Under the pieces are notes generated by a model that searched no databases, was not told where the DNA came from, and saw nothing but the letters and a program-made list of their open reading frames with translations. This document shows positions 18,069-25,488 of a stretch of 64,000 bases of DNA, in pieces (within the stretch, counting starts at the first letter, position 1; each line of letters starts with the position of its first letter). Source of the DNA: Candidatus Latescibacterota bacterium. Its GTDB lineage: Bacteria; Latescibacterota; UBA2968; UBA8231. The position numbers and the translations under genes were made by a program. Where the stretch lies: positions 4,416,001-4,480,000 of the forward strand of contig OZ220089.1 in the NCBI GenBank assembly GCA_964291625.2, read 5' to 3'.

Positions 18069-19712
18069 CTACATCACCTGGTCGGGCAGCGCCTCATCGA
18101 GGCGCTCCTCGTAGACCTGCACCCGGTCGCGGTAGCCCTCCCGCAGGCTCTGGAGGAAAGCCGTGAAGAGCTCCTGCTGGCGACTCCTCACGAGCAGGGC
18201 GCCTGCTCTCCGGGCGGCGCGCTCGAAGGGCTCCAGACCGCCCTCGTCGAAGTGGGCCACGCGGAAGACCGACCAGCCGCCCTCCACCTCCACCGGCCCG
18301 GTGAGGACCCGGGCCTCCGCTTTCATCAGGGCCGGAAGCAGGCGCGGATAGAGAGCGCTCTCGTGGGGGTGGTAGTGGTGGCGGGCGCTGCGTTGCGCGG
18401 CCTCCGGCCGCAGGCTGCGGGAGGCCAGCTCGGCGAAGTCGGCCCCTTCCTCGATCAGACGCAGCGCCTGGTGAGCTTCCGCCCGGGAGGCGAGGAGAAG
18501 CTCCTCCGCCCAGACGGAACGCTCGTGGACGAACAGCTCGGGGTGGTCGTCGTAGTACTGGCGCACCTCGATCTCGGAGACCTCGCGGGCCCCCGCGGTC
18601 TCCTGCCGGCGCATCGCCTCGAGCAGGGCGTCCTCCAACAGTCGCCGGTGCCGGCGCTCCAGCTCCTCGGCCTCGACGAGCCCCTGCTCGCGGGCGGCGC
18701 GTTCGAACAGCAGGGGGCGCAGCACGATCTGCTCGAGAATCACCTTCGCCCTCGCCGGCGGGGAGAGGACCTTCACCCGGCCGAGAAGGACCTTCTGGGC
18801 TTCGCCCACGGTGATGGTCAGATCCTGCCCCTGGTAGAGGCCGAGGGAGCTGGTGTCGAGTCCGGCCGTCTGCCGCAGGCGGTAGGCCTCCAGGAGGTGG
18901 GAGAGGCCCTCGTCGAGGAGCGTGATCCCGTAGCGGGCTCGAAGCGTCTCGATCTCCTCGGCCTCGGCCCGCTGCAGCCCGACGGCGAAGAGCTCGTCCT
19001 GCAGGCGCTGCCGGTAGTCGGCCAGGTCGGTGGCGCGCTCCTCCGTGAAGCGCACCAGGTGCCAGCTGGTGCCGGCGGCAAGGGGCTCCGAGACCACTCC
19101 GGCGGGCAGCTGCACAAAGACGTCCCGGGGGACGTGGACCCGGTGGGCGATCTCGGCGTCGATGAAACCCAGCTCGCCTCCGCTGGCGGCGGATCTCGTG
19201 TCGAGAGAGTGCTTGCGGGCGAGGTCCTCGAAGGAGGCGCCCTGCCGCAGTTGGGCGGAGATGGCGTCGATCTCCTCCCGCGTGCGCACGAGGATGGCGT
19301 GCAGCCGGCGCTGGCGCTGCAGCCCGAGGTCGGCGAAGCGCTGGCGCAGGTCGCTCTCGTGGACCTGCACCCGCGGCGCCACGACGGCTCGCTGGTACAT
19401 GGTCACCAGCCTGGCCCGGATGGCCCTGCCGGCGAGGCCCCCGATGGCCGGGTCCTCCGCGAGGCCTCGGGAGCGGGCCTCGATCAGCAGCAGCCGGCGG
19501 TCGATCAGAGACTGGAGGTATTGACGGCGAGCGTCCGCACCGGGGTCCGGGCTCTTCAGCCCAGCCGGGAGGCTCTCGACGAATTCACGGAGCTCGGCAG
19601 CGGTGATCGGATCACTATCGACCTTCGCCACCACCTCACCCTCTCCGCAGCCGAAGAGAATGGAGGAGACGGGGATGGTCAGGACTGCGAGGGGCCGGGC
19701 GAGGAAAACCAT
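18069..19712 (-). CDS. PpiC/parvulin-type peptidyl-prolyl isomerase (PrsA/SurA-like) lipoprotein with two rotamase domains
   Basis: LFGC lipobox; VVAKVD..IT; GASFEDLARKHSLD..SA..GGELGF; second unit GADFAELASRS...GPVEVEGGWSVF. Confidence 0.85.
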   Translation of the reverse strand: MVFLARPLAVLTIPVSSILFGCGEGEVVAKVDSDPITAAELREFVESLPAGLKSPDPGADARRQYLQSLIDRRLLLIEARSRGLAEDPAIGGLAGRAIRARLVTMYQRAVVAPRVQVHESDLRQRFADLGLQRQRRLHAILVRTREEIDAISAQLRQGASFEDLARKHSLDTRSAASGGELGFIDAEIAHRVHVPRDVFVQLPAGVVSEPLAAGTSWHLVRFTEERATDLADYRQRLQDELFAVGLQRAEAEEIETLRARYGITLLDEGLSHLLEAYRLRQTAGLDTSSLGLYQGQDLTITVGEAQKVLLGRVKVLSPPARAKVILEQIVLRPLLFERAAREQGLVEAEELERRHRRLLEDALLEAMRRQETAGAREVSEIEVRQYYDDHPELFVHERSVWAEELLLASRAEAHQALRLIEEGADFAELASRSLRPEAAQRSARHHYHPHESALYPRLLPALMKAEARVLTGPVEVEGGWSVFRVAHFDEGGLEPFERAARRAGALLVRSRQQELFTAFLQSLREGYRDRVQVYEERLDEALPDQVM

Positions 19713-19877
19713 TGCGGAGTCTTCTCAGGGCATGTCGAGATGGGGAGGGGCGGAAAGGTGGGGTCCGGATCGGGTGGATCGAGGCAGGAGATCCCACCCG
19801 AGCAGGAATCCACCCATGTCTGCGGGGGCGACCGCGGGGAGCACCCGAAGGCGGAGAAGCCAGGCCCCCCGTGGGAG

Positions 19878-20288
19878 TCAGTCGTCCCCTTTGAGATCGT
19901 CCGTGGCCAGGGGGATCTTCTCGATCCCGACGCGCTTGGCCACCTCGAACAGGTCCAGCAGGTGCCGGTGCCGGGTCTTCTTGTCGGTGCGCACCACCAG
20001 GGTCAGGCTGTGGGTGCCCGACTTCTCGCGCAGGAGCACCTGCTCGAGGTTCTCCAGGGTCACGGGGTGGCGATTGATCTCCATCCGGCCGTCGGCGGTG
20101 ATGGAGGCCACCAGTTTCTTCTCCTCCACCACCTTGGCCTGCGTCGCCTCGGGCAGCTCCACCTGCAGACTGTAGGGCTGCTTGAACACGGTGGTGACCA
20201 TGAAGAACACCAGGAGGAGGAAGACGCAGTCGATGAGCGGCGTCATGTCCATGCCATCCTCCTCGTATACGGACCGGCGTCTGGGCAC
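19878..20288 (-). CDS. exbD: ExbD/TolR family protein (second copy)
   Basis: DMTPLIDCVFLLLVFFMVTT TM motif with the conserved Asp. Start taken as GTG 20288 just after the upstream stop. Confidence 0.9.
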   Translation of the reverse strand: MPRRRSVYEEDGMDMTPLIDCVFLLLVFFMVTTVFKQPYSLQVELPEATQAKVVEEKKLVASITADGRMEINRHPVTLENLEQVLLREKSGTHSLTLVVRTDKKTRHRHLLDLFEVAKRVGIEKIPLATDDLKGDD

Positions 20289-20290
20289 CT

Positions 20291-20704
20291 CTACTCCTCC
20301 TCCTGCTCCCTGGCGAAGGCGATTCCCACCACTCCCACGCTCTTGCCCGTGTCGACGACGAAGACCACGTGCTCCTGGGGGCACTCGCCGTCGGCCTGGA
20401 TGATGATGTTCTCGTTGTTGGCCTCTTCCATGGCCGTCGCCAGACGGTCACCCAGCTCGTGGGCAGCCACTTCCTCTCCCTTGATCTGGATCCGGCCCTC
20501 GCGGTCGAGGACCACGTTGATGTCCTTCTTCTGCTCCTCCGTGGCCTCGCTCTTGGCGGGCATGTCCACCTCGAGCCCCTTGGTGTGCAGGAAGACCGTG
20601 GTCACCATGAAGAAGATGAGCAGCAGGAAGACGCAGTCGATGAGAGGGGCGAGGTCCGGCCCCCCCTCTTCGCCGAAACCCTTCAGTCTGCGATGTCTGC
20701 CCAC
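20291..20704 (-). CDS. exbD: ExbD/TolR family protein (first copy)
   Basis: DLAPLIDCVFLLLIFFMVTT; IIIQADG...VVFVVD. Confidence 0.9.
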   Translation of the reverse strand: MGRHRRLKGFGEEGGPDLAPLIDCVFLLLIFFMVTTVFLHTKGLEVDMPAKSEATEEQKKDINVVLDREGRIQIKGEEVAAHELGDRLATAMEEANNENIIIQADGECPQEHVVFVVDTGKSVGVVGIAFAREQEEE

Positions 20705-20722
20705 GGTCCGCGCGCCGGGAGC

Positions 20723-21466
20723 CTACCGCCCGGCGGCCTCCTGTCGCTGCCCGGTGGTGATCAGGGCGTTGGAGAAGGCGTGGCCGTACATCTCCACGTG
20801 CTCGAGCATCTTGTCCGCCCTGCGGGCCAGGTAGCGGTAGGAGACGATCGTCGGGATGGCGATGATCAGGCCCGACGCCGTCGTCACCAGCGCCTGGGAG
20901 ATGCCTCCCGCCACCACCCTGGGATCACCGGCGCCGGCCACGGCGATCGACTCGAAGGCGATGATCATGCCGAGGATCGTGCCGAGGAGTCCGATGAGGG
21001 GGCTGATGTTGCCGATCGTGTTCAGGATCGGCAGGTGCTTGCCGAGATAGGCCCGGGCGGACTCCTCGGTCTCGATGACCAGCTCGTCCTTGAGATCGGT
21101 CAGCTCCCGCTGCATCACCATGAAGCGGCTGACCTCGCCGCCGCCGCCGGCCTGGGCCAGGCGCATGATCTCCTCGTTCGTCTCCTTGAACTCCTGCTGC
21201 TCGATCCTCAGGGTGTCGTAGCGCCGCAGGAGGGAGGCGAACACGAAGTTCAGCAACCCTCTGCCTTCGTTGCACTCCGCCACGACCTGGGCCGTGCCGC
21301 CGTCCCGCAGGGCGTGCTCGAGGCGTTCCAGGCTCTCCTGAGCCTCCCCGTGCGAGGGCAGCTGGCTGAAGACCCAGAACCGCTCGATGGAATAGCCGAT
21401 GGCCAGGATGGCACAAGCGGCCAGGGGAACCATCAGGGGTCCACCGCTCTGAATGACCTCCCACAT
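20723..21466 (-). CDS. exbB: MotA/TolQ/ExbB proton channel family protein
   Basis: GGPLMVPL...IERF; ISPLIGLLGTILGMIIAF; VAGGISQALVTTASGLIIAIP. Confidence 0.93.
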   Translation of the reverse strand: MWEVIQSGGPLMVPLAACAILAIGYSIERFWVFSQLPSHGEAQESLERLEHALRDGGTAQVVAECNEGRGLLNFVFASLLRRYDTLRIEQQEFKETNEEIMRLAQAGGGGEVSRFMVMQRELTDLKDELVIETEESARAYLGKHLPILNTIGNISPLIGLLGTILGMIIAFESIAVAGAGDPRVVAGGISQALVTTASGLIIAIPTIVSYRYLARRADKMLEHVEMYGHAFSNALITTGQRQEAAGR

Positions 21467-21514
21467 CTGTCCGTCTCCTTGTGATCTCTGGAAGTTGATG
21501 CTCCGAGGCAGTCC

Positions 21515-22441
21515 TCACTCCACGACGCCGGCCCTCAAGAGGCGCGGCCCGATCCTGGAGCCCGCCTCGACCTGGCCGGCGGCGTCGACGATCGCCGCCT
21601 TGCTCAGGTGGGGGCCGATCACCTCGCTCACCCTCACCAGGGCCACTTGCAGGCTGTCCTGGTAGAGGGGCAGCAGGTCTCCGTACTCGACGTTGTCCTC
21701 GAGTCCGATACCGAGGAATACCTCTGTCCCGTCCACCGCCAGGACCACGGCGTTGTCACTCGTCAAGTCGATGGGCGGGCGTTCCGTCAGCAGGGCGCCG
21801 ATCTGCCTGCGCAACTCCTCGAAGGCGGCGTCGGCCACGATGCCCAGGGGCAGCTCGTAGAACCGCTCGGAACCGAACTCGAGCTGGAAGAGCTCGCGGA
21901 ACTCGCGATCCTGCCGGCGCGGACGTCCGAAGAGATCCAGGCCGAGGGGCGTCTCCGTGGAGTCCCGGCTCACCGCGACCGTTCCCAGGAGCTGTTCGGT
22001 GGCCACGCGAATCACCTCCACCTCGCCGATGCGCACTCTCGAGTGGTACGACTTGTAGCCCGCCAGGTTCGGGTCCCCCGCGGTGACCCGGCGCATCCCG
22101 AAGGTCTCCACGACCCCGTGGATGACGATGTCGGCCCCCAGCAGGCGGCCGGCGGCCACCGCCAGGTCCCGGCCCTCCAGCTCGGAGAGGCGGGAGTCGG
22201 CCTGGGCTTCGACCACCCGCTCTGCGGACACGACGTCAAAGGCGTCTTCTCCGTCCAGGTACCGGCCCAGGAACTCGGGAACGTCCCGGGCCAGCGTCCA
22301 GCGGCCCTGAAACCCTGCCCGATCCTCGAAGTCGAGCAAGGCGATGTTCAAGGGCGGCGGCCGGGCGATCTCTTCGTCCGCGGCCGGGCCGAGGGCCGAG
22401 CCGAGGAGGATCGCCGGAATCCATCTAAGGAGCCTGGCCAC
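21515..22441 (-). CDS. Secreted CsgG/FlgT-like protein
   Basis: Signal peptide from GTG 22441; NIALLDFED...AGRLLGADIVIHGVV (CsgG/TolB-N-like alpha/beta domain); C-terminal VLAVDGTEVFLGIG...GD...VRVSEV (FlgT-C-like). Confidence 0.6.
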   Translation of the reverse strand: MARLLRWIPAILLGSALGPAADEEIARPPPLNIALLDFEDRAGFQGRWTLARDVPEFLGRYLDGEDAFDVVSAERVVEAQADSRLSELEGRDLAVAAGRLLGADIVIHGVVETFGMRRVTAGDPNLAGYKSYHSRVRIGEVEVIRVATEQLLGTVAVSRDSTETPLGLDLFGRPRRQDREFRELFQLEFGSERFYELPLGIVADAAFEELRRQIGALLTERPPIDLTSDNAVVLAVDGTEVFLGIGLEDNVEYGDLLPLYQDSLQVALVRVSEVIGPHLSKAAIVDAAGQVEAGSRIGPRLLRAGVVE

Positions 22442-23204
22442 CGCCCGGCGGTACCTGCCTCGCCGCGGTCTGCGGCGCCACTCTTCTGTCGATCTCCTGG
22501 TCGAACTCCATGGAGATGTCCACCGTCTCAATGGGCTGGCCCGAGGCGTCGAACTTGGTCACGAAGTCCCTCAGCGTCAGCCGGACCTGCCGGACCTCTT
22601 CGTCCAGGGGGTCGAAGGCGAGCAGGCCGGAGTAGCTCTCGCCCTTGAAAACCCTCACGTCCTCGAGATAAGCCGTGCTGCGCACGTTCCCCATGCGCAG
22701 GTCGAAGCGGTAGAACTCGTTGCCGCTCTGCCCGCGAATGGCGCGGTAATAGCGCTCGAAGCTGTTGTGGGGAGAGACCGACGGCAGGCCGTAGGAATGC
22801 AGCACCTCTCCCTGATCGGTGTAGAGCATCGCCTTGATCGGGTCGAGCAGCACCTTGGCGTAGATGTCGTTGATGATCGTGACCCGGAAGACGGTGAAGC
22901 GCTTGGGCGTGTGCCCCACGAGCGGATCGATCCAGTCTCCGTAGGTGTAGGGGTTCGTGGAAAACTGACCGCGCGTCGATTCCTCGGGGAAGATGGCGTT
23001 GAGCTCGTCGTCCTCCATCGGTTCGACCCGGACGCGGAGCCCCTCCAGAACGTAGGTGACCGACCCGCCCTCGTCGACGGTGTAGCGGTCCTCGCTAACC
23101 TGGTAGGAACTGGGCACCAGCTCGTTCGAGTAGAGGATCATCTCGGGCTGGAAGTGGCTGCAGCCGCCGAGAATCAGCAGCGGCAGAAGGAATGTCGAAC
23201 GCAT
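22425..23204 (-). CDS. Lipoprotein of unknown function
   Basis: True start MRSTFLLPLLILGGC (lipobox); beta-rich body. The longer ORF call is an off-frame extension over the upstream gene. Confidence 0.8.
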   Translation of the reverse strand: MRSTFLLPLLILGGCSHFQPEMILYSNELVPSSYQVSEDRYTVDEGGSVTYVLEGLRVRVEPMEDDELNAIFPEESTRGQFSTNPYTYGDWIDPLVGHTPKRFTVFRVTIINDIYAKVLLDPIKAMLYTDQGEVLHSYGLPSVSPHNSFERYYRAIRGQSGNEFYRFDLRMGNVRSTAYLEDVRVFKGESYSGLLAFDPLDEEVRQVRLTLRDFVTKFDASGQPIETVDISMEFDQEIDRRVAPQTAARQVPPGGGQAP

Positions 23205-23218
23205 GGCCACCCTCTCTC

Positions 23219-24451
23219 TCACTGGGTGCGCTGGCTGAAGAAGTCGATCTGTTGCTGCGCGATGGAGCCCTCCTGGGTCAGGGCGAAGACGACGGCGTTG
23301 ATGCCGAACCTCAACTGCGGCTCGTTGCCGAAGTTTCGCGCCCACATGTGGACGTAACCCTTGTCGGAGTACACACCCACGAGCCGGTCGCCCAGGAACA
23401 CCCCTTCGAGATAGTAGGTCTGCTGGGCGAAGACGAGGTAGTCGCGCTCCCTCTGCTCGGTGAAGGTGGGGTTCTCCATCTCCGTGCCCACCGGGGGGCC
23501 GTCGAAGTCGTAGAAGGTGTGGTAGATGGGGTGGTTGTTGGAGATGGGCCGCAGCTGTCCCTCGGCCCCGAGGGCGTCCCGGAAGATGCGCCTGAGGGAG
23601 GCCTCTCCCTGGCTGAACTCGGTGAGGGGAGTGGCGTTGTCGACGAAGATGAACCCGCCCCGCCTCAGGTATTCTCCGAGGTTGCGCAGCTCCCGCTCCG
23701 TCAGCTCGAAGGCTTCCTCGGCCGTGACGTACACGAAGGGTGTGCGGAACAGCTCCTGGGAGTCGAGGAAGAGGTGGGCGTCGACCTTGGCGGTGATTCC
23801 CGTCTGGGCGTTGAGGGCGTCCACCAGGTTGGGGATGGCGCGGGCGGCGCTGTCGAATGTCGGCTCCAGGTCGTTGGCCCAGGCCGTTCCGAGGTAGACG
23901 AAGCCCTTGACGTTGCGACGGTCCGTCGGGTCCTGGATGATCAGGCCCTTGTACTTCCCCGTGTCGAGTGCGTTCAGGTCGATCAGCTCCTCGCGCATGG
24001 CGATGCGCTTGCCCGGCTCCTTGGTGCCCCGGATGGTGGCGGCGGAGAGCTCGATGGGCCCGGACTGGAGGTTGATCTGCACGTCCGTGTCGGGCGCGTA
24101 GTCGAAGGTCTGGACGGTGCCGAAGACGGAGGGCCCCGCAAGGCGTCGCGCCGATGGCAGTGACAACCGGGGGGTGAGGGCGGTGACCTGCTTGGTAAGG
24201 GCCCGGGGGCGGAGGCGCTGGCGCTTGAGGGTGAAGGACTTGGTCGATCGGGGCTTGCGGATGATGAGTCGGGCCACCGCCGGCGGCGGCGCCGCCCTCT
24301 CCTCCACCCTCAGCACGAGATACAGCAGGACGCCCGCCACGGCGGCGAAGCCGATGAGGAGCCCGCGGGCGGTGTAGGTGACCGTGTCGCGCCACAGACG
24401 TTGCAGGTCGAGGCCGTCACTGGGCGCGCTGAAGCGCCGCGAGTCAGCCAT
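23219..24451 (-). CDS. Membrane-anchored DUF4159-domain protein
   Basis: N-terminal TM, basic/Pro-rich linker, then PFVYVT...FELT..E..NLGEYLRRGGFIFVDN...HPIYHTFYDF...GINAVVFALT (DUF4159-like). Confidence 0.8.
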   Translation of the reverse strand: MADSRRFSAPSDGLDLQRLWRDTVTYTARGLLIGFAAVAGVLLYLVLRVEERAAPPPAVARLIIRKPRSTKSFTLKRQRLRPRALTKQVTALTPRLSLPSARRLAGPSVFGTVQTFDYAPDTDVQINLQSGPIELSAATIRGTKEPGKRIAMREELIDLNALDTGKYKGLIIQDPTDRRNVKGFVYLGTAWANDLEPTFDSAARAIPNLVDALNAQTGITAKVDAHLFLDSQELFRTPFVYVTAEEAFELTERELRNLGEYLRRGGFIFVDNATPLTEFSQGEASLRRIFRDALGAEGQLRPISNNHPIYHTFYDFDGPPVGTEMENPTFTEQRERDYLVFAQQTYYLEGVFLGDRLVGVYSDKGYVHMWARNFGNEPQLRFGINAVVFALTQEGSIAQQQIDFFSQRTQ

Positions 24452-24494
24452 GCTCACCACCTTGATGCGGGGTCGCCAGGATCATCCCCCGATT

Positions 24495-24881
24495 TCACTC
24501 CTGGACCACCAGGGTGTCGGCCTCGGACCGGGGGCCGAAGAAGCCTTGGGCATCGAAGGCCCACACCTGGACCAGGTACGAGAGGCCCGGACTGACGTCG
24601 AGCTCCTGATCGGAGTGGGCCCTCGCCGCCGGATCCTCCACGGACCGGGTGTGCTCGGCGCCGCTGGAGTCGGTGAAGCCGACGACGAAGCCCTGCACGT
24701 TGGCCTCGGATGCGATGGCCCAGGAGACGTGGATGGCGCCGTCCTCCACGGATGCGGCTACGTCGGAGGGCCTCGGCAGGAGGCCTTCGTGGTAGGCCGT
24801 GGGCAACTCGATGTCGTCGCTGCACCCCCAGGCGAGGATAGCGCCCGCCAGGGCGATGCACACACCCGCTCGCTTCAACAT
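24495..24881 (-). CDS. Small FN3-like lipoprotein
   Basis: LAWGC lipobox; PSDV..IHVSW...GFVV...PGLSYLVQVWAFD..G..GPRS fibronectin type III pattern. Confidence 0.75.
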   Translation of the reverse strand: MLKRAGVCIALAGAILAWGCSDDIELPTAYHEGLLPRPSDVAASVEDGAIHVSWAIASEANVQGFVVGFTDSSGAEHTRSVEDPAARAHSDQELDVSPGLSYLVQVWAFDAQGFFGPRSEADTLVVQE

Positions 24882-24906
24882 GAGGACTCCCTTCTCCCTT
24901 CCGGCA

Positions 24907-25464
24907 TCAGAAGCGGGTCACCAGGGCCAGGCCCGTCCGCTCCGGAGTGGCCGTCGGCACCAGCCCGACGCGCCCGCCGCCGGGCGGCTCCAGCCCCCCG
25001 AGGAGCAGGGCATCCACGAGGTTGTATCCGTAGACGCCGATGGCGACAACCCCGAAGAGCCGCCGCCGCAGATGGGATCCGTCGGCATCCTCCCTGAGCT
25101 GGTTCAGGCGCTGCCAGCTTTCCTCCGCCCCCTCGTAGGTCCCGCCCTCGCGGATCGACAGGTAGAGCGCCTTCTCCACGTCGATCTGCTCGGACTGGGT
25201 CTTGTAGTCGGCGTGCGATGTCAGCCAGACCACGAGGCCGAGGATCTCGGCGGCCACGAGAGCCGTGCCCTTCCCGCGGTGCCCCGTGGCAAGGTGACCG
25301 AGACCCGGAAAGGCCACGGCGAGGGCGACGGCCTGGTTTCTGGAGGCGTATTGCTCGCGTACCTGGAACCTCTCTTCCGGAGTCTGGCCCGGGGCCAGGT
25401 CGGCGGTCATCAGGGTCCCGGCGAGGACCAGCAGCAAGAGACGGCGGTAATCTATCGAAACCAT
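24907..25464 (-). CDS. Small envelope/membrane protein (DUF5683-like)
   Basis: Signal peptide; AVAFPGLGHLATG hydrophobic motif; GVYGYNLVDA; ends GLALVTRF. Confidence 0.6.
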   Translation of the reverse strand: MVSIDYRRLLLLVLAGTLMTADLAPGQTPEERFQVREQYASRNQAVALAVAFPGLGHLATGHRGKGTALVAAEILGLVVWLTSHADYKTQSEQIDVEKALYLSIREGGTYEGAEESWQRLNQLREDADGSHLRRRLFGVVAIGVYGYNLVDALLLGGLEPPGGGRVGLVPTATPERTGLALVTRF

Positions 25465-25488
25465 GGGGACCTCACGAATTGGAGTTGC

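Noticed and set aside
19878-22441. Flagellar stator or Tol-Pal interpretation (MotA-like + FlgT-like + FlgD domains)
   Set aside because: The partners are ExbD-type with no OmpA-like MotB domain; there are no flagellar structural genes and no TolA/TolB/Pal; the FlgD-Ig domains are C-terminal tails of secreted proteins.
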